Source: an uncultured Verrucomicrobiae bacterium
GTDB lineage: Bacteria; Verrucomicrobiota; Verrucomicrobiia; Opitutales; JABDGR01
DNA: 64,000 bases
Reading direction: 5' to 3'
Assembly: GCA_963765205.1 (NCBI GenBank)
Contig: CAVXVB010000009.1
Coordinates: 224,001-288,000 of the forward strand
Shown here: positions 1 through 8,741 of the stretch, in pieces
Position numbering within the stretch: the first letter of the stretch is position 1
How the letters are laid out: each line of letters begins with the position of its first letter
The notes under the pieces: model-generated
What the model was told of the DNA's origin: nothing
What the model saw: only the letters and a program-made list of their open reading frames with translations
Database searches by the model: none
Made by a program: the position numbers and the translations under genes

Positions 1-142
1 CCATAATTCGCCAGCGCGTCACCACCCCATCCACCCCGCGCCGGCCCAACCACCGCCCCAGCAATTGTGGCGCGACCACCTGCGCCGGCTGGTGCCAAAG
101 GTCGCTGATTTTTCCATTTTCCATCTTCCATTTTCCATTCAT
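1..142 (-). CDS. Probable DNA-3-methyladenine glycosylase (MPG family), N-terminal part only; runs off the window start
   Basis: Manual translation MNGKWKMENGKISDLWHQPAQVVAPQLLGRWLGRRGVDGVVTRWRIM resembles the MPG N-terminus (VAxxLLGxxL...RIxETEAY). The ATG at 142 abuts the dtd stop (TAA-ATG). Not in the ORF track. Confidence 0.55.
   Translation of the reverse strand, partial: MNGKWKMENGKISDLWHQPAQVVAPQLLGRWLGRRGVDGVVTRWRIM
106..139. repeat. Heptamer tandem repeat (TTTTCCA/TCTTCCA); 34-bp perfect inverted copy of 612-645
   Basis: tgatttttccattttccatcttccattttccatt is the reverse complement of aatggaaaatggaagatggaaaatggaaaaatca. Confidence 0.9.
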
Positions 143-598
143 TTAGAAGTCTTTTTGTTTGGTATCTATGACCAATGTCACCGGCCCGTCGTTGGCTGCG
201 CGGATGTCCATCATCGCGCCAAAGACGCCCGTGGGCACGGGCCGGCCCAGCGCGGTTTCGAGCGCGCGGTGCAGCCGTTCGAGATAGTCCTTCGCGAACT
301 CCGGCGGCGCGGCGCGGTTGAAGGACGGGCGCGCGCCTTTCTTCAAGCTGCCGAACAGCGTGAACTGGCTGATGAGCAAAATCTGCCCGCCGGTTTCCGC
401 GAGCGAAAGATTCATCCGCCCGGTCTCATCCTCGAATACGCGCAGCGCTGTCAGCTTGTTCGCCAGCCAGGCCACGTCTTCGTCCGTGTCCGCGCTCTCG
501 ACGCCGACGAATGCCACCAGCCCCGGCCCAATCGCGCCGACGATTTTTCCCTCGACGGCGACCGAGGCTTCGGTGACCCGCTGGATGACGGCGCGCAT
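143..598 (-). CDS. dtd: D-aminoacyl-tRNA deacylase
   Basis: MRAVIQRV start, SQFTL motif, NDGPVT motif. Confidence 0.95.
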   Translation of the reverse strand: MRAVIQRVTEASVAVEGKIVGAIGPGLVAFVGVESADTDEDVAWLANKLTALRVFEDETGRMNLSLAETGGQILLISQFTLFGSLKKGARPSFNRAAPPEFAKDYLERLHRALETALGRPVPTGVFGAMMDIRAANDGPVTLVIDTKQKDF

Positions 599-611
599 GG
601 AGGATAGGATA

Positions 612-706
612 AATGGAAAATGGAAGATGGAAAATGGAAAAATCAAGCGAAGGCCAACAAGTTAGGGATGTCGTCTTTTTCCATCTTTCATCTTCCATTT
701 TCCATT
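612..706. repeat. Inverted pair of heptamer tandem arrays (ATGGAAA)n ... (TTTCCAT)n
   Basis: Arrays at 612-641 and 677-706, between the EamA stop and the dtd start. Confidence 0.9.
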
Positions 707-1589
707 ACTTCAAAAATACCAGCCCCACCGCCACGAGCAGCAGCAGCGCCCCCGCCAGCCGCCGGACCATCACGCCCGCGCCCGCCGCGCGTTCCTGGTT
801 GCCCATCCGCGGCCCGACCGCCCACACGAGCAGTATGCTCCACAACCCGCGCGTGCTGTAAACGACGTTCACGGCCGGGGCCTGGCCGTAATGGCCGAGC
901 GTGAAGGCCATGCCCCCCGATTGCGCCGCGCAGAGGATGCTGCCCCCGACGGCCCACGGCCACGCCGCGCGCGGAATCGCCCGCAATGGCTCGCGGAAAA
1001 ACGGCATCAGCAAAAATGAGGACAGCGCCACGCCGGCAAACATCACCGCAGTATAACCCATCGTACCGATGGCTTGCGCGTGCATTTCGACGAGCAAATC
1101 ATTGAAGCCATACAACGCCGCCGACAAAACCGCCAGCATCGCCGTCAGCGCCAGCCGCTTGCGGTCGTGCCAGTTGGACATGCCCAGCAAAAACACCGCC
1201 CCCGCCGCCAGACACGCCGCAACCCACCACGTCCCCGGCATCAACCCCGCCCCCAGCAACACGGTAAAGAGCGCCACAAACACCACTTTGACGCCCATCG
1301 CTGGCGCCAGCACCGTCACGTCGCCCGTGCGCATCGCGAGGAAAAACAGCACTTGCCCGGCCGCATAGACCAAACTCGACAGCAGCGGCCACTCCAGCAG
1401 CGGCCAGGTCAGCGTGTGCGGCAACTGCGCCAGGCCGGGCAAGAATAAAAGCCCCGCCGCGACATTGTTCAAAAACGCGATGCGCAGCGGGCCAGTGCCA
1501 TGATCCATCGCGCGCTTGAGGATGATGCCGCCCAGGGCAAAGCCCCAGGACCACAGCAGCGGTTGCAGCAGGAAAAAGGGATGATCCAT
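705..1589 (-). CDS. DMT/EamA-family membrane transporter
   Basis: About 10 hydrophobic segments arranged in two similar halves; start taken at MDHPF. Confidence 0.75.
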   Translation of the reverse strand: MDHPFFLLQPLLWSWGFALGGIILKRAMDHGTGPLRIAFLNNVAAGLLFLPGLAQLPHTLTWPLLEWPLLSSLVYAAGQVLFFLAMRTGDVTVLAPAMGVKVVFVALFTVLLGAGLMPGTWWVAACLAAGAVFLLGMSNWHDRKRLALTAMLAVLSAALYGFNDLLVEMHAQAIGTMGYTAVMFAGVALSSFLLMPFFREPLRAIPRAAWPWAVGGSILCAAQSGGMAFTLGHYGQAPAVNVVYSTRGLWSILLVWAVGPRMGNQERAAGAGVMVRRLAGALLLLVAVGLVFLK

Positions 1590-1624
1590 GAGCAGGTGCG
1601 ACCTCAGTTCTTTTTTTAAATTAA

Positions 1625-1714
1625 ACCACGGATGCCACGGATAGCACGGATAAAGCAATCGAAGCCACCGCCCTGCTCATGGAACGCATCCGTGGTATCC
1701 GTGTCATCCGTGGT
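1625..1714. repeat. Inverted pair of 9-mer tandem arrays (CACGGATnn)x3
   Basis: accacggatgccacggatagcacggat ... atccgtggtatccgtgtcatccgtggt. Confidence 0.9.
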
Positions 1715-1741
1715 GGTCTTTTTTGAGGTTTAAAACCCGGC

Positions 1742-2668
1742 CTACGCGTTCAATTCATGCCGCAGCGCCGCTTCGAGGCCCGCGTGCGTCCAGGCAAAGC
1801 CCGCCTCCTCCAGCCGCCGCGGGCGCACGGCCAAATCCGCCAGCATCGTCTCGACCGCCATTTCGCCAAACATGAGTTTGAGCGCGAACGCCGGCACCGG
1901 GGCCTTCGCGGACTTGTTGATGATACGCCCAATCATTTCCGTCAGCTCGCGGTTCGTGCAGACGTGCGGCGAGACGACGTTGACCGGCCCGCGCGGCTCC
2001 GGCCGCCCGGCCAGGAACAGCAGCGCCGCGACGGCGTCGGTCAGGCCGATCCAGCTCACGCGCTGCGTGCCCGGCCCGGCCGGCCCCGCCATGCCCATGT
2101 TGAACACCTTCAACAATTGTTCGAGCGCCCCACCCTGCCGCGCCAGCACCACGCCGAACCGCGCGAACACCGTGCGCACGCCCGTCGCCACTGCCGGCGT
2201 CGCCGCCGCCTCCCACGCGCAACACACGTCTGTCAAAAATCCCTTGCCCGGCGCGGATGTTTCGTCCACCGGCTCGGCGCGCTGGAAGCCGTAATAACCA
2301 ATGGCCGACGCGCAGATAAACGCGCGCGGGCGCTGCGTCGGCGGCAGCGCCGCGATGCGCTCAGCCAGCAGGCGTGTCGAGAGTACCCGGCTGTCGTGGA
2401 TGGTCTTCTTGGACGCCAACGTCCACCGCTGCCCCACCGTCGCGCCCGCCAGATGCACGACGACGGCGATGTCCTCGAGCGCCTTGGCCGGAATTTCGCC
2501 CCGTTCGGGCTGCCACGTCAGCGTGTCCGGGCGCGGCTGGTGGGCGAGTTCGCGCACCTCGCCGCCCAGCGCGCGCCAATGCACCGCCAGCGCCCGGCCA
2601 ATGAGGCCCGAAGCGCCAGTCAGCAGCAAACGGCCGGGGGGAGGAGGAGTGGGGAGGGAGGCAGACAT
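1742..2668 (-). CDS. TIGR01777/YfcH-family NAD-dependent epimerase-like oxidoreductase
   Basis: TGASGLIG, HLAG, SAIGYYG, RFGVVL and the C-terminal PRRLEEAGF motif. Confidence 0.9.
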   Translation of the reverse strand: MSASLPTPPPPGRLLLTGASGLIGRALAVHWRALGGEVRELAHQPRPDTLTWQPERGEIPAKALEDIAVVVHLAGATVGQRWTLASKKTIHDSRVLSTRLLAERIAALPPTQRPRAFICASAIGYYGFQRAEPVDETSAPGKGFLTDVCCAWEAAATPAVATGVRTVFARFGVVLARQGGALEQLLKVFNMGMAGPAGPGTQRVSWIGLTDAVAALLFLAGRPEPRGPVNVVSPHVCTNRELTEMIGRIINKSAKAPVPAFALKLMFGEMAVETMLADLAVRPRRLEEAGFAWTHAGLEAALRHELNA

Positions 2669-3031
2669 AAAAGAAAAGAGCGAACAGCTTACGCAATCGC
2701 GCGACTTAAAGCAACGTCGGCATTTTTGCCTACTAACACCCCCAATTTCGCACCATAAAAACGTAATCCTCTTTACGTCCAACCTTTGGTTACATTAGGT
2801 CCAATATACTTGTCATAAACGCAACTGACATTTATTCTCCTCCAAAGAATGCGTCGTCCATAGAGCAACGTTTCCAGCCTTTGGAATTCCATTTATTGCG
2901 ATCCGCCTAAGGCCAGCCAAAATCATTCTGGCACATAGGCAAATTCATTTTTCGATTGTGCATTCGGAAATTACCTCGAATCTTGTCAAGAATATCGGCT
3001 CATCCCTCCAAAAAAGAGGGTTCCTTTCCGA

Positions 3032-3060
3032 TTGCCTTAACGCGCCAATCCGCCTAATCT
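3032..3060 (+). promoter_or_regulatory. Sigma70-type promoter of rnpB
   Basis: TTGCCT-17 nt-TAATCT, ending about 7 nt before the RNA 5' helix. Confidence 0.55.
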
Positions 3061-3067
3061 CTCCTTT

Positions 3068-3486
3068 CCAGTTCCCGGGGATGTTCATTCGCTCGCCATC
3101 GCCCCGGCGGTGGCGGGAGGAAAGTCCGGACACCATAGGGCAGGATTCCCTTCGAAAGGGGGGGCGTCCCGCATAACGCGGGACGACGGAAAGTGTCACA
3201 GAAAATCAAACCGCCCAAGCCGCGCGCAAGCGCGGACGGCAAGGCTGCAAAGGCGGGGTAAGAGCCCACCGCTCCGACGGCAACTGCGGAGGCATGACAA
3301 ACCCAATCCGGTGCAAGACCAAATAGGGGACCAGGCGGCCCGACCAACGGTCCCGGGTTAGTCGCACGACGCGCAAGCGCGACCGCCGGTTTCGCAAGGA
3401 GCCGGCGGCAGAGAAATGAATGAGCGGCGGGAGTGCCGCGAGGCGCCCGCCAGAACAAAATCCGGCTTACGACCCCTGGGAACTGG
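3068..3486 (+). ncRNA. rnpB: RNase P RNA (bacterial type A)
   Basis: GAGGAAAGTCCGG, GGAAAGTGTCACAGAAAA, GGGGTAAGAGCCCACC, GCAAGACCAAATA and AGAACAAAATCCGGCTTA; terminal helix CCAGTTCCC/GGGAACTGG. Confidence 0.97.
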
Positions 3487-3494
3487 TTTCTTTG

Positions 3495-3616
3495 TAGAAG
3501 CTAGGAGCTAGAAGTTAGGAGTTAGAAATTGGAAACTAAGAGTTGGAAGTTTAAATTGGTGGTGTAACTTCTTGTGTTTGGTCCTTCTAACTTCCAGCTT
3601 CTAACCTCTACCTTCT
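3495..3616. repeat. Inverted pair of heptamer arrays (TAGAAGT/TAGGAGC family)
   Basis: tagaagctaggagctagaagttaggagttagaaattggaaac ... cttctaacttccagcttctaacctcta. Confidence 0.85.
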
Positions 3617-3623
3617 CTCCCTC

Positions 3624-4085
3624 ATGCAGCATTGGCTAATGAAATCCGAGCCGGACGTTTTTTCGCTCGCGCACTTGCAAAAACGCCCCGGCGGCGTCGC
3701 GCCGTGGGACGGCGTGCGCAATTACCAGGCGCGCAATTTTATGCGCGCCATGCGCGTCGGCGACCTGGTGTTGTTTTATCATTCGAGTTGTGAAATCCCC
3801 GGTGTTGCCGGCCTCGTCGAAGTCGTCGGCGCCGCGCGGCCCGACGAAACGCAGTTCGACCCGCAGTCCGAATTCTATGACCCCGGCGCGAAACGCGATA
3901 ATCCCCGCTGGTCGCTGGTGGACGTGCGCTACGTCGCCACCTTCCCGCAATTCGTGCCGCTCACCACCCTGCGCGCGCAACCCGCGCTAAAAAAAATGCG
4001 TCTTCTTGCCCCCGGCAACCGCCTCTCCGTCCTCCCCGTCACCCCCGCCGAATTCAAACGCATCTGCCAACTCGGCCAAGGGTAG
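3624..4085 (+). CDS. EVE domain protein
   Basis: WLMKSEP, WDGVRNYQARN, FYHS and RLSV motifs. Confidence 0.95.
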   Translation: MQHWLMKSEPDVFSLAHLQKRPGGVAPWDGVRNYQARNFMRAMRVGDLVLFYHSSCEIPGVAGLVEVVGAARPDETQFDPQSEFYDPGAKRDNPRWSLVDVRYVATFPQFVPLTTLRAQPALKKMRLLAPGNRLSVLPVTPAEFKRICQLGQG

Positions 4086-4137
4086 GGTGCTTTTCATAAT
4101 TCATAAATCCGAACCCATAATTCATCATTTAAAAAAG

Positions 4138-4211
4138 CGGGGGCGGAGGGACTCGAACCCCCGACCAGCAGTTTAGAAAACTGCTGCTCTATCCGCCTGA
4201 GCTACGCCCCC
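4138..4211 (-). tRNA. tRNA-Arg(UCU), CCA not encoded
   Basis: GGGGGCG/CGCCCCC acceptor stem, TAGCTCAG D-arm, anticodon arm GCAGT-TTTCTAA-ACTGC, GGTTCGAGTCC T-arm. Confidence 0.95.
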
Positions 4212-4267
4212 AAGTTATTATCAGTAAAATAGTTACAACTATCTTCAATGCTCCATAAAATAGGTGT

Positions 4268-4291
4268 TGTAACCCGTTTGTGTAACCCGGT
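4268..4291 (+). repeat. Putative integrase arm-type site (TGTAACCCG x2); identical copy at 7986-8009
   Basis: tgtaacccgtttgtgtaacccggt occurs near both ends of the element. Confidence 0.75.
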
Positions 4292-4302
4292 AGTATCTGG
4301 GC

Positions 4303-5382
4303 ATGAATTCGACACAAAATCCCCCTGCCCGGTCTGCGGGCCGGACATATTCAAAGGTAGCCGAATGCCTGTATCGGTGTGACACATCAGGTGTCTATTA
4401 TGCTCTGCTGAAAAAGAGCGGCAAGCAAATCCGCCGCTCCCTCAAGACCGACGACCGGAAGCTGGCGGAGCGTAACCTTGCCGAGTTCAAGGAGAAGGTG
4501 AGCCGTCTCGACCTTAGCCAGGGTAAGAATCGGATCACCTTCGGCGAACTAGCCACCCTATGCATGAACACCTGGCGGGCCCGTCTCAAGCCCCGGTCGG
4601 CCGAAAGTCGGGAAAACAGCATCAACCAACTGCGCCCCTATTTCGGGGCGATGCCCGTCCGCAGTATAACCCGCCTGCAATGCGAGCAATGGGCAGAGCA
4701 ACGCAGCCCGCAAGTCGCGGCCTCAACCTTTAATTGCGATCTTGAGTCGTTGCGGGCCATCCTGGACTACGCCCAGCGCGAAGGGCTGATCATGGACAAC
4801 CCCGCCCAGGTCATTGTTCGCCGGCGCATGGGCAAGGTCGCCATCGTCATCCCTACCCGCGAGCAATTCACAGCCTTGGTGACCACGCTACGTGGTCTGG
4901 ACGTGCGCTATATCGCCGCGGCCGATTTGGTGGAACTATTGGCCTACTCGGGGATGCGCAAGGCGGAAGCCAACGCATTCCGTTTGGCCGACGTTGATTT
5001 CAAGCGCGGCAGCTTCACGGTCACTGGCGGCGAATACGGCACCAAGAACCATGAAGCCCGCGTCGTGCCCCTGTTCCCGGTGCTGCAATCCTTCTTGGAG
5101 CGCCTCCAGGCCGAAAGCCCGCGCCCGTTTGAAAAACCCTTGGTCTCCATCCTGGACGCCAAGAAAGCCTTGGAAACGGCTTGCAAGCTCAACGGGTTTC
5201 CCCACTTTACCCATCATAGTATGCGTCATTTCTTCGTCAGCAACTGCCTCGAAAAAGGCGTGGACTTCAAAACCCTCGCCGCTTGGGTTGGCCACAAGGA
5301 CGGCGGCTTGCTCGTCGCCAAAACCTATGGCCACCTGCGCGACACCCACTCTTACGAAATGGCGAAAAGGATAACGCTATGA
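4303..5382 (+). CDS. Tyrosine recombinase / phage-type integrase
   Basis: Catalytic set SGMRKAE (R), TKN (K), HSMRH (HxxR), GH and KTY (Y); N-terminal arm-binding-like region. Confidence 0.95.
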   Translation: MNSTQNPPARSAGRTYSKVAECLYRCDTSGVYYALLKKSGKQIRRSLKTDDRKLAERNLAEFKEKVSRLDLSQGKNRITFGELATLCMNTWRARLKPRSAESRENSINQLRPYFGAMPVRSITRLQCEQWAEQRSPQVAASTFNCDLESLRAILDYAQREGLIMDNPAQVIVRRRMGKVAIVIPTREQFTALVTTLRGLDVRYIAAADLVELLAYSGMRKAEANAFRLADVDFKRGSFTVTGGEYGTKNHEARVVPLFPVLQSFLERLQAESPRPFEKPLVSILDAKKALETACKLNGFPHFTHHSMRHFFVSNCLEKGVDFKTLAAWVGHKDGGLLVAKTYGHLRDTHSYEMAKRITL

Positions 5383-7046
5383 AACTTAATGAGCCAACGA
5401 AGGAAGAAAAAAACTGAAAGGAAATCGCTTTTTTGGGGTTGCCGGGGTCGGGAGGTGGGGGTTAAGGGGGAGGGGAAGCATGCCCCCATTAGCCCCCCAT
5501 CATAGACGAGGAATAGACCGTCTGAGCGGGGTAGGGCCAGGGGTTGCCAGGATTGTTCCTGGCTTTCCTCGGCTGCTGGCGACTCTACGCCTACCTTTTC
5601 GCAATCTGCACTAGAATAGCTGACACTGCGTTCACGAGGAGCCTTGTTGAGTCGGCGGTCGGGCAAGCCGACCAATTCCATGCCGGGTTCAAATTCCACG
5701 ATGCGCGCGTCCCAGGTGTCCACGCCCCAGAGGATGGTTTTGATGGGCAGCGGCGGGGCGTGGGCGGGGGGGAGGGCGCTGATGCCTTCCCAGAGGCCGA
5801 GGCGGGTGAGCCAGTCGCGGATGGCGGCGGGTTTTTTGATGAGGCCAACATTGCGCATGAGGCCGCCGCAACAGGGGCAGCGCAGCGGGTCGGCGCCCCA
5901 CACGCGGATGACGAGCGCGCGCCAGGTGCGGCGGCGTCCCTCATCCCGCAGGCGGGATTCGGGATCACTCCCGGCTTCACGACTCCCAGCGCCAGCGCTG
6001 GGGTCGGAAGCCTGGGTGAGGTACGGTGGCGCAAATGGAGTCTTACGGGCCAGACCCCGGCACTTGTTGCTGTAGCGGCCATAGTAACGGATCAGTTGGT
6101 TGGATTTTTCGGGAATATGCTCGGCGAGGGCGGCGATGAAGTCGGCCCCGGCAAAGATTTCATAGTTGCGCTTGGTATGCCAACTGCGCGCGGAGCGATA
6201 GAGGACGGTGCGGGTGGCGGGGTTCCAGTGCATCTTGTCCAGCGCGAGCGGGGCGCGCAGGAGGTATTCGGCCAGTCGCTGGCGGCCGGCCGCATCGTCG
6301 GCGGCCAAGGGCGCTTCCCCGACATCCACCTGAAAGCCGCTATGCCGCCAGGACAGGAAGCGGTGCGCCTGCCAGGCTTCGATGATGCCGGTGTCCACGA
6401 ACCGGCACAGGATGGCGTGGCGAAAGAGTTCGGCGAGGTCGGCTGCGCCGCCGCTCGGTGCGAGGTGAAAGGCGCCGGTTTGGTCGAACACCCCGTTGGC
6501 CGCGAGGATATGCAGGTGCGGATGAAAGACCAGGTAATCGCCAAAGGTGTGCAGACCCGCGATGGCGGCAATTTGGCCGGAGGGCTGGCCAGTGCGTTCG
6601 CGGAACCAGATCAGCAGGCTCTCGTGCGCGGCGGCGAAGAGCAAGGCGAGGTGCTCGCGCTTGCGCCGGAAGGGCCAGCGCAGGGCGCGGGGCACGGTCA
6701 GGACGATCTGCCGGTGCGGCGCGGGCGCGCAGATTTCGCGGGCAATAATGTGGGCGGCGTCCACGCTGCGGCGTTGATGGCAGGACGGGCAGGCGCCGCG
6801 TTTCTTGCAGGTAAAGGGCAGCAGGTATTCGTGGGCACAATCGGCGCAGCGGATGCGGGCAAAGCCCTGGGCCAGGTCGCCGCAACGCAGAAAGGCGCGC
6901 AGGCTGGGCGACACGACCGAGCGCAACGGGCCAGAGGCTTCCTCGTAGCGCGTGGGATAATTGGCCAGGAAATCACCAAGACAGGCGTGCAGGCATTGCC
7001 ACCAAGGCGAAGCCCGCGGTCGTCTGGCGCGATAGCTGGCACTCAT
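5352..7046 (-). CDS. IS91/ISCR-family rolling-circle (HUH) transposase-like protein with a C-terminal extension
   Basis: Zn motif C..CADC..CKKRGACPSC, HUH motif HPHLH, HSGF, EYLLRAP (YxxR), IRYYGRYSNK, DPLRCPCCGG. Confidence 0.9.
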   Translation of the reverse strand: MSASYRARRPRASPWWQCLHACLGDFLANYPTRYEEASGPLRSVVSPSLRAFLRCGDLAQGFARIRCADCAHEYLLPFTCKKRGACPSCHQRRSVDAAHIIAREICAPAPHRQIVLTVPRALRWPFRRKREHLALLFAAAHESLLIWFRERTGQPSGQIAAIAGLHTFGDYLVFHPHLHILAANGVFDQTGAFHLAPSGGAADLAELFRHAILCRFVDTGIIEAWQAHRFLSWRHSGFQVDVGEAPLAADDAAGRQRLAEYLLRAPLALDKMHWNPATRTVLYRSARSWHTKRNYEIFAGADFIAALAEHIPEKSNQLIRYYGRYSNKCRGLARKTPFAPPYLTQASDPSAGAGSREAGSDPESRLRDEGRRRTWRALVIRVWGADPLRCPCCGGLMRNVGLIKKPAAIRDWLTRLGLWEGISALPPAHAPPLPIKTILWGVDTWDARIVEFEPGMELVGLPDRRLNKAPRERSVSYSSADCEKVGVESPAAEESQEQSWQPLALPRSDGLFLVYDGGLMGACFPSPLTPTSRPRQPQKSDFLSVFFFLRWLIKFHSVILFAIS

Positions 7047-7140
7047 CCCATAAGTGAACAATTGAGCATATCATGAATCAAGCAGGAGTTATTCACAAAG
7101 AATCGCGCGTGGGGCCAGGCATCCACTCTCGGCAATTTCC

Positions 7141-7638
7141 TCAAAGCACCGGCAGTCCGCAGGCGGCAAGGGACAGATTCAAGATGGCCGGGGCAATATA
7201 GACGCCTTTGATCAACATTTGGGCGTACGTGGCGCGGAGGTCGAGGACGAGCTTTCTGCGATGGGCCAATTCCAGGATGCCGACACAGCCAATGACGTTG
7301 AGTTGGTGGTTCGTGGCCAGTTGACGGGCTGCGCGTTCGTCAAGAATAACCCAATCCGCCGCCAAGGCCTTGGCCAGGGCTATCGTCGCCAGCTCACCAG
7401 ACCCTAAGCTGGCCTGGCTACGCCAAGAGGCCATATCGGCGTGAGACAATGCGGGATGAACTTCAATCCACTTCGCCGCCTTTATCGCTGCTGCGGCCGG
7501 CCGACCGGCCCCGACAATGACAACTTCCTCATAGACCTCGCTGGACACCTGGACGGTGCCAAAGAGGGCCGGCAGCAAATCGAGCCGGTCAATTCGCCCC
7601 AAAATGATGAGGGGAGAAGCATTGGAGACAACCTTCAC
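7141..7638 (-). CDS. DUF3368-family PIN-domain protein (putative toxin)
   Basis: VVSNASPLI, LGSGE and ILDERAAR motifs. Confidence 0.85.
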   Translation of the reverse strand: MKVVSNASPLIILGRIDRLDLLPALFGTVQVSSEVYEEVVIVGAGRPAAAAIKAAKWIEVHPALSHADMASWRSQASLGSGELATIALAKALAADWVILDERAARQLATNHQLNVIGCVGILELAHRRKLVLDLRATYAQMLIKGVYIAPAILNLSLAACGLPVL

Positions 7639-7895
7639 TGAGCGAGTTCACGAGCCGCTTGGTGGTCGTCACGCCAATCCGAGGCCGTATAATGCAGGGG
7701 TATGGCCCGCTCGGCGGTCAGCGTCATGAAGTCCTCCAAGGCCATGCCGGCGAGTTCGGCAGCTTTGCCCAGGGAGACGCGCTCTTCGCGGAAAAGCTCA
7801 AGCACGATGAGCTTGGCAGCCTGGGCGGGCACCGCCCCGGGCATTTCTGCCAACTCAAATAACTCGGCTGAGAGGTCTACGTGAACTGTTGACAT
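7635..7895 (-). CDS. UPF0175-family protein (putative antitoxin)
   Basis: LFREERVSLGKAAELAG motif; 4-bp overlap with the PIN gene. Confidence 0.85.
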   Translation of the reverse strand: MSTVHVDLSAELFELAEMPGAVPAQAAKLIVLELFREERVSLGKAAELAGMALEDFMTLTAERAIPLHYTASDWRDDHQAARELAQ

Positions 7896-7985
7896 GGGTT
7901 GGAAGGTAACACCAGCCGGGCTGGCAGGCAATCATGGAATCAAGGCCCGGGCAAAGCGCAATTTTCCTGACTCGGTTTCTAAATG

Positions 7986-8009
7986 TGTAACCCGTTTGTG
8001 TAACCCGGT
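7986..8009 (+). repeat. Second copy of the putative arm-type site
   Basis: Identical to 4268-4291. Confidence 0.75.
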
Positions 8010-8134
8010 GGGTGAAAAAGGGCGGAATTTAGAGGATTGAGGATAACGACCTGAAACCCGCAAGCCCCTGAATGACACGGGGTTGATTACTCCAGCACAC
8101 CCTGGTCAATTATAGCAAATCGTATCATTTCGCA

Positions 8135-8173
8135 TTAGAAAACTGCTGCTCTATCCGCCTGAGCTACGCCCCC
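8135..8173 (-). repeat. att repeat: 5' half of tRNA-Arg (5' end to anticodon loop)
   Basis: 39/39 identity to 4173-4211; identity stops in the anticodon loop. Confidence 0.92.
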
Positions 8174-8334
8174 TAGCCTGCTAAAATATGGACAGATGCG
8201 CCGGGGTCACGCTCAAAGTCACCACCCTGTCGGTCTCACCCTGTGCCGGGGCCAGGGAGATGGCCAGGACGCGGCAATCCGTGGGCGGGTAAGACCCCAT
8301 GGCGGCGGCCGCAGCTGTGTGTTATCATGGCGCC

Positions 8335-8490
8335 ATGAATATATTACTACTCATCATCATTTTTCTGCTGCTGTTCGGGGGCGGTGGTTTTTATATGGGC
8401 GGCCCCGTCATCGGCGGCAGTGGGATCGGCCTTATCCTCGTGGTGTGCCTGATCATTTATTGCTTGGGCGGATTCCGCACGAAAAGTTAA
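8335..8490 (+). CDS. Small membrane protein, DUF3309-like
   Basis: MNILLLIIIFLLLFGGGGFY...GIGLILVVCLIIYCLG. Confidence 0.7.
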   Translation: MNILLLIIIFLLLFGGGGFYMGGPVIGGSGIGLILVVCLIIYCLGGFRTKS

Positions 8491-8741
8491 GCGAAGGCGG
8501 CGGTGGATGTCGCAGCGTCAGGGGGGGGCATTTTTTTCTGGCTGGCGGTCGTCGGTCAGGCATGAGCAAGGCGTGACGGCATTCACCGACGCCAAAGCCC
8601 CTGCCGTGAAGGCGGGCGTGCTGGCGCATCCTGCTTGACGAAAGTACCCGTGGTAGTGCGTGACTTTTTCGAAGATGTTTGCAGTCTGGCCGTTGGGCAG
8701 CCGAAATAACGCCCAATATCCATTTCAAGACAGCCCAACCC

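Larger units (their letters stand above)
4173..8173. mobile_element. Mini integrative element in tRNA-Arg (integrase + HUH protein + TA pair) bounded by 39-bp direct repeats
   Basis: ttagaaaactgctgctctatccgcctgagctacgccccc at both 4173-4211 and 8135-8173; integrase lies next to the left copy. Confidence 0.92.

Noticed and set aside
2700..3030. AT-rich gap upstream of rnpB as a gene or sRNA
   Set aside because: Only short motif-less frames and no clear structure
3495..3616. Short tandem arrays (here and elsewhere) as CRISPR
   Set aside because: Units are 7-9 bp and contiguous, with no unique spacers, and there is no cas gene in the window
5544..7076. 510-aa plus-strand ORF
   Set aside because: Antisense shadow of the HUH transposase-like gene, with no motifs
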